From a virus (taxonomy: Duplodnaviria; Heunggongvirae; Uroviricota; Caudoviricetes): 64,000 bases of DNA. Below the pieces are notes generated by a model. That model saw only the letters and a program-made list of their open reading frames with translations. It was not told the origin of the DNA and searched no databases. Position numbers and translations under genes: made by a program. The stretch lies in the IMG/VR virus record IMGVR_UViG_3300037510_000134; one strand, written 5' to 3'. Shown here in pieces: positions 45,505 through 55,269 of this stretch; positions within the stretch are counted from its first letter, which is position 1, and each line of letters starts with the position of its first letter.

Positions 45505-46052
45505 TTAGTCTCCGATGCCCAAACTGCTAATCCAAATGCATCACAAATATTATCACTTGGTTCTTCTATACCAAATTTCTTATTTATATAATCTATTGTT
45601 CTTTGTTTTCTAGTTTTTCTATACTGCTCTTTTAACCAATTCGCAGACTTATTTGGATTAGCTTTCTTAATAACAGCTTTTTCTGCGGCAGTTAAGGGAG
45701 GGTTTCCTATATGTCTCTGCCACACTAAAGGACTTACCCTATGAATACGCATTTGTGGATGGGAAATAGATGCTATGGCTGCGCCTTCTGCTAATCCAAG
45801 CAATATAACAGTCTTTTGTGATTGTACGAATGTAGTCTGCTCTATATACAAGTCTGTGATCTTTTCACATTCTTTGCGTAATTCATCCAGTGAATCTCGT
45901 ACTTTTACAATACGCTCGTATGTATCTTTACCTTCGAACTTTATCTCACCATATTTTTCCAGCTTCTTGCCATTAAATATGACATAGGCCGTACTGTTAG
46001 TCGAGTTGTCTATGCAGATTATACGTCTATTGAATACATCTATTAATCCCAC
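45501..46052 (-). CDS. RuvC-like Holliday junction resolvase
   Basis: Catalytic acidic residues in IICIDNSTNS ... E ... DAFGLAVWA arrangement of the RuvC/RNase H fold. Confidence 0.6.
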   Translation of the reverse strand: MGLIDVFNRRIICIDNSTNSTAYVIFNGKKLEKYGEIKFEGKDTYERIVKVRDSLDELRKECEKITDLYIEQTTFVQSQKTVILLGLAEGAAIASISHPQMRIHRVSPLVWQRHIGNPPLTAAEKAVIKKANPNKSANWLKEQYRKTRKQRTIDYINKKFGIEEPSDNICDAFGLAVWASETK

Positions 46053-46087
46053 AACCTAATTATACCCAGTTGTTATAAACTGAGCAA

Positions 46088-46393
46088 CTACTCATCTATA
46101 TACTCAAATCCTAGCTTCCTTAAAAGATAGATGCGTTCAAGCTCTTTCTTGCCTTTTTCACACGGACTACATATTGAATCGCTGTTGTATCTAGATAATT
46201 TTGCATCACATTGGGTACATCGTCTACCCATATTATCTTTTACTGCCTTAGATGCATGATAACGCTCTATTATCTTTTTGTTACTGGCGATTCTTGTACA
46301 TTCTGCTCTACAGTATATCTGATTTGATTTGGATGCGGTGAAAGCCCCACCGCACTCCAAACAAATTCTATCTCCATAAGTTTTAATTGACAT
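46088..46393 (-). CDS. zinc-finger protein (101 aa)
   Basis: Multiple CxxC pairs (CLECGG, CRAEC, CTQCD, CSPCE). Confidence 0.4.
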   Translation of the reverse strand: MSIKTYGDRICLECGGAFTASKSNQIYCRAECTRIASNKKIIERYHASKAVKDNMGRRCTQCDAKLSRYNSDSICSPCEKGKKELERIYLLRKLGFEYIDE

Positions 46394-47156
46394 TAAATTC
46401 CAACGGCTCCAGTTTTATATCTCCTACTGGCTGCTTACTACACCATTCCAGTAGAGGACAAGATTTGCATTCTTTTGAATTCTTCCTATATGGTCTTTCC
46501 GGTAGCAAACCATCTTGATAAGTCTTATGTACCTCTCGCATCCATTCTACAACTTTTTCAATCTTCTGTCTATTCTCTGGAGTCATTTCAACTGGTATTA
46601 AAAGCTTATCGTGATCATTCTTATCTTCATATAGTAACAATCCATATTTTAGATCAAGAAAGTACATGTAGAGCAGTAGCTGTAATACTTGATAATCCGG
46701 GCCGGCGTTCTTCATCTTTCTAGATGAAAAAGCTTCCGTTCTAGTTGTCTTAATTTCTATTACTATGTCATATCCATGGTAGTCACGAATAATCATATCA
46801 ACGTAGCCGTGAATTGGTGGATCATCTACCCATAGATCCCATTCTATATCTAATATAAATTCATTAGAATGATGAAAGTTATTTTGAATTCTCTCATGTG
46901 CCGCTGTACCTGCTGCCATATTGTCTACCGATTTAGATTCGTGAACTTCATTGAATTCTGCACCTTGAAATGCCATAACCCAACGCCTAGGACACTTACC
47001 AGAGCCATATCCTAATGTAGAAGGTGAAAATGTTTTCTTCTGTATAAATTCCTTTTTATTTACACCATTTGAGTATGCTTCATCTACAATCTTCGCTAGC
47101 GTTCTCAGATCATATGGAGTCCTCTTGAAGAATAAATTAGCAAATTGATTTCCCAT
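46383..47156 (-). CDS. Cas4/RecB-like PD-(D/E)XK exonuclease with Fe-S Cys cluster
   Basis: D...VDMII...EIK nuclease motifs, QVLQLLLY (QhxxY) motif, N-terminal CPRRW plus C-terminal CKSCPLLEWC four-Cys arrangement. Confidence 0.6.
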   Translation of the reverse strand: MGNQFANLFFKRTPYDLRTLAKIVDEAYSNGVNKKEFIQKKTFSPSTLGYGSGKCPRRWVMAFQGAEFNEVHESKSVDNMAAGTAAHERIQNNFHHSNEFILDIEWDLWVDDPPIHGYVDMIIRDYHGYDIVIEIKTTRTEAFSSRKMKNAGPDYQVLQLLLYMYFLDLKYGLLLYEDKNDHDKLLIPVEMTPENRQKIEKVVEWMREVHKTYQDGLLPERPYRKNSKECKSCPLLEWCSKQPVGDIKLEPLEFNVN

Positions 47157-47485
47157 TATCTCACCGCATATTTTAACGCAGCTACTAGGTTATCTAATGC
47201 AGTAGCCATTGCATAAAACATGTTTTTCTTTTGATATTCTTCTGAACCTGGTTTAGGCTTACTAACATTTTTCATGTAACTAGCCTGAATATAGAACTTA
47301 CTTGAAAGCCCTTGTAGATGAATGATTGCAGTTGTGGCAGACGCGGGGTTAATATCTGGATTAGATATAATTCTAACAATCTTTGACAAGGCTAGATCAA
47401 AATCTCTGTCGTCAAATATTTCATGCATTTCTAAAAATTCATCTACCTGAGATATAAGCTCTAATATAGTTTGTTCAGTCGCCAT
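47156..47485 (-). CDS. hypothetical protein (109 aa)
   Basis: ORF track. Confidence 0.3.
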   Translation of the reverse strand: MATEQTILELISQVDEFLEMHEIFDDRDFDLALSKIVRIISNPDINPASATTAIIHLQGLSSKFYIQASYMKNVSKPKPGSEEYQKKNMFYAMATALDNLVAALKYAVR

Positions 47486-47792
47486 ACTTTTCCTCCCAAG
47501 CTTCTAACATTTGGTGAAACATTTCATCACCAATCACCCACATTCTTACAGATGCCTGTCCATTACCTAGACAGATCATAAGTGCAGGCTCTTTTCTCCC
47601 TTTTGCCGCATCAGAGCAGATCTTCCCCCAGACATTTTTACTTAATCCGAATGACTGAGAGTACTCTTTCACATCTACGATAAATGGGCCAAGAGTTGCA
47701 TCGCCTTTTTGATACAACCCCCGGCCACTATTCTTTTGTGCCTTGCCGCCCATCTTCTTGATCTCAGCAAGTTCTGACTTGGCGTCAGCCAT
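47475..47792 (-). CDS. hypothetical protein (105 aa)
   Basis: ORF track. Confidence 0.3.
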   Translation of the reverse strand: MADAKSELAEIKKMGGKAQKNSGRGLYQKGDATLGPFIVDVKEYSQSFGLSKNVWGKICSDAAKGRKEPALMICLGNGQASVRMWVIGDEMFHQMLEAWEEKYGD

Positions 47793-48039
47793 TTATTTCC
47801 CAATCTATTTCAGTCTTATGTCCCATAGAACATTCTAATGTAAGCTTTTTACGTTTAGGATAGTAAGTACCGTGTACATATGGATAGAAACAGAAATTGC
47901 CTTTATCGTCTAAGAATCCACACATGCCATCTACTTCAACTACTTCATATTCATCAGATTTGTGGACTTTTCTACCTAAGATATCATCTAGATTAGCCAT
48001 TAAGCACCCGAGATTCAATAGCTTCTCTAATAGAAACAT
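47785..48039 (-). CDS. hypothetical protein (84 aa)
   Basis: ORF track. Confidence 0.3.
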   Translation of the reverse strand: MFLLEKLLNLGCLMANLDDILGRKVHKSDEYEVVEVDGMCGFLDDKGNFCFYPYVHGTYYPKRKKLTLECSMGHKTEIDWEING

Positions 48040-48988
48040 TGTCCTTTAGATATTGTACTATCTTTGCTCTTCCTTGGAATTTTTCATCACCGTAGTAATA
48101 CCAAGCTCCACTTTTCTTGATGATACCTTCCTCTTCCGCCATATCTACAATCTCTCCTACTTGATCAATACCAATAAGGTCACCAGCATAGTAGAAATCA
48201 TATGATCCAGTTAGATTAGGTTGTCCTAACTTGTTGTAGGTGATTGTATAATTCACAGGTCGACCGATAGGCTTTTTAATTACCTTGTCCCCTCTAGTTA
48301 CCTCACCCGTAAGTTGTTCTTTTTCGCTAGCACTAGACCATAGCTTAACAATGGTGGTTGAGAAGAACTTCATGGCTTCTCCTCCGGCCATGTCAGCCAT
48401 AGCACCATAAGAACCTATCTTATTACGTAGTTGACTAATGAGTACTAACGCAGTCTTCTTGTTAACATAATTGAATTTGTTAACTGCTACCGCTAGTTCC
48501 TTTGATACTGTGCCTATTTGTCTTGTGCCGTCAAGCCCTTCCTTAAGCTCGTCATCTTTTTCGAAATAAGTGGATGGTAAGATAGCACTGATTGAATCTA
48601 ATATAACTAGGTCAATTTCTGCTTCTAGGAAATCTACTATATCAGCAGTCACTGAATCAATAGATTTGGAATCTGAAATAAGTAATTTAGAGTTATCTAC
48701 TCCAAGACGCGTGGCCCATTCTGGATCATATGAACCTTCTGCATCAACCCACGCGCATACTTCTCCACGTTTTTGAGCTTCTGCAATTGTCTGCAACAGC
48801 ATTGAAGTTTTGCCAGCAGATTTATTTCCCCAGACTACTGTCTGACGACCCTTACCAAATCCTCCGCCCAAATCCTTATTTAACTTTACAGAGGCCGTAG
48901 GGAGGATTTCCTTACTCACTTCGGATGCTAGCTTTAATCTGTCTTTTGTTCTCTTACTTAGTTTTGCATATACCTCGTCGAATGACAT
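47993..48988 (-). CDS. RecA-family recombinase (UvsX/Sak4-like)
   Basis: Walker A VWGNKSAGKTSMLLQ, Walker B LVILDSISA; 331 aa. Confidence 0.65.
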   Translation of the reverse strand: MSFDEVYAKLSKRTKDRLKLASEVSKEILPTASVKLNKDLGGGFGKGRQTVVWGNKSAGKTSMLLQTIAEAQKRGEVCAWVDAEGSYDPEWATRLGVDNSKLLISDSKSIDSVTADIVDFLEAEIDLVILDSISAILPSTYFEKDDELKEGLDGTRQIGTVSKELAVAVNKFNYVNKKTALVLISQLRNKIGSYGAMADMAGGEAMKFFSTTIVKLWSSASEKEQLTGEVTRGDKVIKKPIGRPVNYTITYNKLGQPNLTGSYDFYYAGDLIGIDQVGEIVDMAEEEGIIKKSGAWYYYGDEKFQGRAKIVQYLKDNVSIREAIESRVLNG

Positions 48989-49006
48989 TATTCCTCCATG
49001 ACTAAA

Positions 49007-49444
49007 TTATACCACGCCAGTAGAGCCGTGACCTCGGCTATTACGATCTGAATTGTTTAATTCTTCTACTTCCATAAATTCAGCAGATTCTACCTTTTGA
49101 ATTAATAACTGGGCGATTCTTGTTTGTGCCTCTAGCTTCACTAGTTGATCACCTAAATTAATAAGGTTGACCATAATCTCACCGCGATAACCTGAGTCAA
49201 TGGTACCTGGTGTATTTACCACAGAAAGGCCATACTTATTTGCCAGGCCCGATCTGGGGTGAATCAACCCCACGTAGCCATAGGGAATTTCTAAACCCAA
49301 TCCTGTACCTACTAACTGGCGCTCTCCTGGGTACAGCAGGACTGTAGTATCGGAATAAATGTCTGCGCCAGCGTCAGTGACATGTGCATAAATAGGCATA
49401 ATAGCTGTTGAGGTAAATCTCTTTACGTTAATCTTCATCTTCAA
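49007..49444 (-). CDS. dut: dUTPase
   Basis: Conserved dUTPase motifs GLIHPRSGL and PGTIDSGYRGEI; 145 aa. Confidence 0.85.
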   Translation of the reverse strand: MKMKINVKRFTSTAIMPIYAHVTDAGADIYSDTTVLLYPGERQLVGTGLGLEIPYGYVGLIHPRSGLANKYGLSVVNTPGTIDSGYRGEIMVNLINLGDQLVKLEAQTRIAQLLIQKVESAEFMEVEELNNSDRNSRGHGSTGVV

Positions 49445-49610
49445 ATATCCTTACTATTGCTTCGTTACCATCTACATGGAAACCAATTTGCTTAAACTTT
49501 CCTTGTTTCATATTGTCTAGAATCTTTGTGGCGTCGAGCTTGGCAGTTCCACCAAGCTCGTCAACCAATTCCGCCAACAATATTCTGATCAATGCGTTGT
49601 CGTCATCCAT
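49428..49610 (-). CDS. hypothetical protein (60 aa)
   Basis: ORF track. Confidence 0.25.
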   Translation of the reverse strand: MDDDNALIRILLAELVDELGGTAKLDATKILDNMKQGKFKQIGFHVDGNEAIVRIFEDED

Positions 49611-52600
49611 TAATAAATGTCCCTTAGGAATAATGCTCCATCCTTAGTCTCTGCTAGTGTTACTACCCGCGTTACACCTATTCGGGCCATAAGCTTTGCC
49701 TTATGAAACATACCATCGAATACTAAGAAGGTTTTTAGTTCTTTGTTATGGTCACATACCGTAATAGTTGCCATATTCTTCCCGGCCTTTGTTTTTCGAC
49801 CTTGAGCAGCAAGAATTTTGACTTGACCTTCAGGTATTTCACTTAGTTTTGGACGGCGTAGATAATCTATCAAAACGTCTTCCGATGAAGTTGATAAGTC
49901 GTCCATGTCGATAGCCTTCATGATACTATTGTTTCCAATTAGCATCAAATACATCTTACCTTTGATAATTTCTACATCAGGATTGATGAAGATGCCTGCG
50001 GTACCAGATGAGTCTACTAGATCGATACGTTTCCAGTTATCCTTTTGCTTAACGCCTTTAACCATTGCCATGATTACAAAAGATTCATCATCTGTGTAAT
50101 CTTCCAGCGGCCTAATCATACTACGCATCTGATACGTAAGAGCGTTAGTTTCAAATGAAGGTATTCCAAGGTATTCGTATAAGTTGTTCCTGTAATCTTC
50201 AGACCTTGGATTATCATCGAATGCAGCGCCTCCAAAAGAATTCAAGGCTGACAAGACTCTGGTATTTAGACCACTACCTTTAGTCAGTACAAAGTTCTTG
50301 AACTCTGCATATGACTCATATGGTCTATTACCAATGATACGCTCGGCTAATTTATCTGACAAATACTTGACTCCAGATAATCCCATTCTTAATGAATCAC
50401 CTTCTACAGAGAATCTTGCTTGGCTGTAATTGATATGAGGTAATTTAATATTGATTCCCATTGACTTACACTCAAGCAGATAATCTGTAATTACGTCTTG
50501 AGACTTCTCGTTGCGAAGCAGAGCACACATAAATTCTAGCGGGTAGTGATATTTCAACCATGCCGTTTGATAACTTAAAGTGGAATATGCTACAGCGTGT
50601 GACTTATTGAATGCATATGCCCCGGCCTCTTCAAATGAGCGCCATAACCTTTCTGCTACTGATTCTTTGATCTTCTTCTTCGCACCATTAACAAATTGAA
50701 TCTTATATGAATCTACAATTTCACGCTTCTTCTTACCAATACCACGACGGAGACCATTTGATTCTACCACCGAAAAGCCGGCAAGGTCCACGGACAATTT
50801 CATCATTTGTTCCTGATAGATGGGGTAACCGAACGTTTCATCCATAAAATAGCTAACATCTTCATGAATATTTACGCCTTTACCTTTACGCTTGGCACGA
50901 ATGTAATCTTCACCAATTGCATTCCATGCACCTGGTCGAACAAGTGCATTAGATACTACCAGATCGTTAAAATCAGAGCAGCCCATCTTAATTAGCAGCT
51001 TGGTATATGGGGCAGCTTCACACTGAAAAACCCCAAGTGTTTTACCTTCTGCAAGCATATCAAATACAGCTTGATCAGTTGGATTCTTAGAAACAGTGTC
51101 GATATCTACTCTAATACCTTTGTTTTCTCTAATGAGGTTAATACAGTCTTCAATTACGGTTAGGGTCTTCAACCCCAAAAGGTCAATCTTGATTAAGCCA
51201 ATTTTTTCACATTCTCTATAATCGACACCAATAGTTTCAATTCTTTCGTCAGATCCCGCTGGTTTTCTCGTCTCCATTGGAGCATATTCGGCAATAGGTC
51301 TATTAGCAATAACAATTCCCGCTGCGTGCATACCGTACCCACGTACCCGACCATGTAGCTTTGAGGCAACTTTTACAACATCTGGATACTTCTTGTTAAA
51401 CTCTATTGCTTTATTATCTTTACGCGTATTGAATTCTTCAATGACATCGTGTCCAGTTACTTCATCGATGCCTTCTAAAACTTTCATGGCCTTATTTACT
51501 TCACCAAAAGGAATTCCCAGCGCTCTTGCCGCATCCTTTAAAGACTGCTTACCCTTATATGTATTAATGGTACTGATATTGGCTACATGACCAAATTTGT
51601 CTGTCAGATAATGCTTTACCTCATCCCGGCGAGAGTCCATAATGTCAAGGTCCGCATCTGGCCAGTCAGGACGCGATTCATCCAGAAAACGCTCAAATAG
51701 TAGATTGTGTTCTAGTGGATCTATATTTGTAATATACAGAGAATAACAAACCAAAGATCCAGCAGCGGAACCACGGCCAGGACCCACTCTAATTCCTTCA
51801 CGCCTACAAAATGCAAGTAGACCTTCTAGAGTAATGAAGTATGGAGCAAAGCCTTTACCTTCAATAACGGCTAGTTCATATAATGCGCGCTCTTTATACT
51901 CTGACTTATCCCACAACCCCCGCTTGATTAAGCCTTCCCTAACCATACGCTTTAGTTCTGAATTCGGGTCGTTGACAGTAATTGGTAGCGTTTCCAGATT
52001 TTCTGCATATGAATAGGCTTCTACTTTATCTGCCACTTCTAGTGTGTTTTCGTAAATATCCTGTCTAACTATGCCAACCTTCTTCATAGCCTCTAACTTC
52101 TCATCATAAGATTGAAGATAAAGCTCAAACTCCTTGAATGTCATCTTGCGATCAGGATAGATGTAGTCAAATCTTTCCATGAGATCCATCTTTTGAGCTT
52201 TTGTTAGGTCAACATCCTTAGCCATTTTTGGATGTGTAGAAAGAATCAAAAAGATCTCTTGCATAATCCTGTCTTCTGGAGAAGCATGGTGGCAGTCACA
52301 GGTAACCACTGGTTTAATAGAGTAAGTATCCGCTATCTCTAGCAATCCCGCGTTCACAACATGGGGATTATGTGATTGAATTTCAATATAAAAGTTCTCT
52401 CCAAATACCTCCTTGAATTCTTGTGCCCACCTATGAGCGGCTTCGTAATCTGGAACTTCTCTATTCAATGCTTGAGAAATTGGCCCATTCAAACAGCCAG
52501 ACGTAACAATAAGATCTTCTGAGTATTGCTTAAGAAGATCCATGTCCCATCTTGGCTTTAAATAAAAGCCTTCATTCCAAGCCACACGATTGCCAGACTG

Positions 52601-52918
52601 TAAGTTTGTTAGACCCTTATCATTCTTAGCAATGATGATAAGATGATTATAAATAGAATCGGCCTCTTCACGATTTTTCTTGGCTCTTCGGTCAAATCTA
52701 TCTGTAGGTGAGAAATATGCTTCAACACCTAGCAGAGGCTTTATTCCTGCCTCTTTGGTTTGTCGCTGGAATTCTCTATGCCCGGCTGTTGTTCCGTGGT
52801 CAGTAATCGCCAAGGCAGGCATACCAATCTCTTTGGCACGTACCATATATTCTTCAATTGTTGAGTATCCATCCATGGGTGAATGTTCATTATGCATATG
52901 CAGGTTAATATATTTCAC
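49610..52918 (-). CDS. dnaE: DNA polymerase III alpha subunit (DnaE-type, PHP domain)
   Basis: N-terminal PHP motif LHMHNEHSPMDGYSTIEE; 1102 aa; palm-region GRGSAAGSLVCYSLYITNIDP typical of DnaE. Confidence 0.9.
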   Translation of the reverse strand: MKYINLHMHNEHSPMDGYSTIEEYMVRAKEIGMPALAITDHGTTAGHREFQRQTKEAGIKPLLGVEAYFSPTDRFDRRAKKNREEADSIYNHLIIIAKNDKGLTNLQSGNRVAWNEGFYLKPRWDMDLLKQYSEDLIVTSGCLNGPISQALNREVPDYEAAHRWAQEFKEVFGENFYIEIQSHNPHVVNAGLLEIADTYSIKPVVTCDCHHASPEDRIMQEIFLILSTHPKMAKDVDLTKAQKMDLMERFDYIYPDRKMTFKEFELYLQSYDEKLEAMKKVGIVRQDIYENTLEVADKVEAYSYAENLETLPITVNDPNSELKRMVREGLIKRGLWDKSEYKERALYELAVIEGKGFAPYFITLEGLLAFCRREGIRVGPGRGSAAGSLVCYSLYITNIDPLEHNLLFERFLDESRPDWPDADLDIMDSRRDEVKHYLTDKFGHVANISTINTYKGKQSLKDAARALGIPFGEVNKAMKVLEGIDEVTGHDVIEEFNTRKDNKAIEFNKKYPDVVKVASKLHGRVRGYGMHAAGIVIANRPIAEYAPMETRKPAGSDERIETIGVDYRECEKIGLIKIDLLGLKTLTVIEDCINLIRENKGIRVDIDTVSKNPTDQAVFDMLAEGKTLGVFQCEAAPYTKLLIKMGCSDFNDLVVSNALVRPGAWNAIGEDYIRAKRKGKGVNIHEDVSYFMDETFGYPIYQEQMMKLSVDLAGFSVVESNGLRRGIGKKKREIVDSYKIQFVNGAKKKIKESVAERLWRSFEEAGAYAFNKSHAVAYSTLSYQTAWLKYHYPLEFMCALLRNEKSQDVITDYLLECKSMGINIKLPHINYSQARFSVEGDSLRMGLSGVKYLSDKLAERIIGNRPYESYAEFKNFVLTKGSGLNTRVLSALNSFGGAAFDDNPRSEDYRNNLYEYLGIPSFETNALTYQMRSMIRPLEDYTDDESFVIMAMVKGVKQKDNWKRIDLVDSSGTAGIFINPDVEIIKGKMYLMLIGNNSIMKAIDMDDLSTSSEDVLIDYLRRPKLSEIPEGQVKILAAQGRKTKAGKNMATITVCDHNKELKTFLVFDGMFHKAKLMARIGVTRVVTLAETKDGALFLRDIY

Positions 52919-52997
52919 TTCGCTCCTTTGTTTATAGTCGGCCGTGGACTCTATAATGAGGAACTCCCCGCCGAAACGGGGAGTGTCAAATTAACAT

Positions 52998-53204
52998 TTA
53001 GTTTCTTGCAATTGCTGCATTGCTCCAAAACTTTGCTTCTTCAAGCTTAGTTAGGGCTAATGCTTTTTCTCTACCATCTGGCAAAAGCTCATCAAAATCT
53101 TCTGCTACAGCCAATAGAGTTTGGTTAACTTGCTGGTGCTTTGGCTTATTTTCTTCACTGGGATTGTGATAAACAAACCGATTCTCTAAATCTGCACTCA
53201 CCAA
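52998..53204 (-). CDS. hypothetical protein (68 aa)
   Basis: ORF track. Confidence 0.25.
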   Translation of the reverse strand: MVSADLENRFVYHNPSEENKPKHQQVNQTLLAVAEDFDELLPDGREKALALTKLEEAKFWSNAAIARN

Positions 53205-53947
53205 TCTTCACCTACTTTCTGAGCCGCTGAACTATTGCTGACTGTTACTGCCTCAGACTTAGGTGCCCCCTTACTATCTGGAAGGTAAAAACCCTTTTGT
53301 TCAGCATATGCGACCTTTAGACCTACAGCCGACTCTAGATCAACTAGCTCTGGAATCTCTGGTAGCTCAAAATGTTCTTTTGTTGTTTTACGGATTTCCC
53401 ACGAGTCTGACTTATTGGGACCCTTTGAGATCTTGAAAGTGATATCGGTCAAAGAGTTATCATTTTCGTCTACTTCTTCACATAGCGCATCAAAGAGCTT
53501 GTTGTTTGTAGGACGAGATAGAACTCTTACTTCACCTTTATTGTCTACAACGTAGATGTAGAAATTTGATCTCTGCTTCCATGGGTGCCATACATCTTTG
53601 TTATCTACTACAATCATTGGCTGCTCTTTGTCCATCTCACAAGCAAAACATCTACCTTCATCTTCCATTGTACAAATGGCCTTACGGGCAAATGACTCAG
53701 GTGAAACGTGTTCTGTTAGATAGACTGCCGTTCCAAATTTTGAATCGTAGTTTCTGTGATCTGTATCTAGTTCTTGTAGAAATCTGATGAACTTTGTCTC
53801 ATTGTTCTTTAGAGAGAACCACTCAACCTTTGGACGAGACTCCCGTTCAGCTCTTTCTTTCTTTGCCTTAATTACGTCTTTAAATGAATTTCCCATTTTT
53901 ATTTCTCCGTTTCTTGACTTAGCCTCATTCGCTGTGTCATATACCAT
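53198..53947 (-). CDS. possible gp32-like ssDNA-binding protein
   Basis: H-x11-C-x7-C-x2-C metal site (TEH...AIC...GRCFAC) with spacing like the T4 gp32 His64/Cys77/Cys87/Cys90 zinc site; acidic C-terminus; located between primase and polymerase genes; inference. Confidence 0.4.
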   Translation of the reverse strand: MVYDTANEAKSRNGEIKMGNSFKDVIKAKKERAERESRPKVEWFSLKNNETKFIRFLQELDTDHRNYDSKFGTAVYLTEHVSPESFARKAICTMEDEGRCFACEMDKEQPMIVVDNKDVWHPWKQRSNFYIYVVDNKGEVRVLSRPTNNKLFDALCEEVDENDNSLTDITFKISKGPNKSDSWEIRKTTKEHFELPEIPELVDLESAVGLKVAYAEQKGFYLPDSKGAPKSEAVTVSNSSAAQKVGEDW

Positions 53948-53956
53948 TGTATCACG

Positions 53957-55021
53957 TCAGAGTATGTTCAGCAACGGGAACTCTTGCTGCCAAAATATGT
54001 ACTCGATATCTGTTATGGCATTTTCTATACATTTAGATATTTCTTCTAATGTCATGTCTCCAGCATCTTTCGCCCTGTGTGGATAAATAACTCCATAGTC
54101 GTATGCTGCCCAACGAACACGCTTTCCCGGCAAAGACTTCATCATCTTTTCGCCCAAAGCTCTGCCAGGATTATGTCCTAGACAAGTATTCTGACATTTT
54201 TTACAATTCAATGACCTGTGATCATCTGGATCATCGAAATCAGTCATAATTATAATCTCATTCCAATATCTATTGATGAGTTGTATATGATCAGCGCTGA
54301 ATATAGATCCATTAGTAGCAACGACACAAGGGAATCCCGCCTGATGAACTCGCATAGCATCCATGGAAGACTCTACAATTATGACTGCATTATCATACTT
54401 CTTTGCCCTATGAGCATTAAATAAGACCTTTTTAGTAGGCAAATTATTGCTATTCTTGAATCTCTTATCCGCGATGCTTCTGCCAACTATGCCGACCGGA
54501 TTTCCGTCCCAGTCGTGTACTGGAATAGTAACCATATTTCTATTTGCAGAAAACCCTATTTCAAAATATGACAGCGTTTTATCTTGAAAACCTCTACCTT
54601 TCATATATTCATGACCTGGAGAATCCCAGAAAGAATCATACAGCCTATTCAAGGTATCTTGATCAAACTTAGGTAGTTCATCTTTTTTGTTAAATATATC
54701 TTCTATATATTGAGAGACTGATATTTCTGCGCCCCTGTGCTTTTCAATAGTTCGCTTAGCTACAAAGGGGTTACATCTCTGCTTATCCTGAACAAGTTTC
54801 ATCAGAGTGCCAGTCTCACCACAGTGGGGAGCAAAACACATCCAAAGGCCAGAACTCTTGTCGATAGACATTGCTGGACTATCTGTGTTTTTGTGATACG
54901 GACACAAACAAAGTACATTTGTGTCCGTATCTGAAACTGTCTCTACCCCAATTTCATTTAACACAGATTCTACTTGATTATCCGTGTATCCCTCGCTCAT
55001 ACTAAACGACCATTTTGCCAA
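53957..55021 (-). CDS. dnaG: DnaG-type DNA primase
   Basis: CHC2 zinc finger CLCPYHKNTDSPAMS; TOPRIM region IIVESSMDAMRV and MTDFDDPD. Confidence 0.8.
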   Translation of the reverse strand: MAKWSFSMSEGYTDNQVESVLNEIGVETVSDTDTNVLCLCPYHKNTDSPAMSIDKSSGLWMCFAPHCGETGTLMKLVQDKQRCNPFVAKRTIEKHRGAEISVSQYIEDIFNKKDELPKFDQDTLNRLYDSFWDSPGHEYMKGRGFQDKTLSYFEIGFSANRNMVTIPVHDWDGNPVGIVGRSIADKRFKNSNNLPTKKVLFNAHRAKKYDNAVIIVESSMDAMRVHQAGFPCVVATNGSIFSADHIQLINRYWNEIIIMTDFDDPDDHRSLNCKKCQNTCLGHNPGRALGEKMMKSLPGKRVRWAAYDYGVIYPHRAKDAGDMTLEEISKCIENAITDIEYIFWQQEFPLLNIL

Positions 55022-55269
55022 TAGTTAAATTGTAAAGCCTTTACTCTGCCCGCGTAAGACGCGTACATGGTTAACTTGAAACTGTATCTTTTGTCATCGG
55101 GCTGATATGATGTAGACCAAAAACTATTCAATTCATAAACTGGTATATAACCTTCGTCTTTCATCTGTTGAACAGTAAGCCTTTCTAATTCATTCCTTAG
55201 TCTTGGGAAATCTGCATCATCCCTGATGAATCCCTCATGCGTATATTTCTTTATAGGCTTGTGCATCAT
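54997..55269 (-). CDS. hypothetical protein (90 aa)
   Basis: ORF track. Confidence 0.3.
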   Translation of the reverse strand: MMHKPIKKYTHEGFIRDDADFPRLRNELERLTVQQMKDEGYIPVYELNSFWSTSYQPDDKRYSFKLTMYASYAGRVKALQFNYWQNGRLV

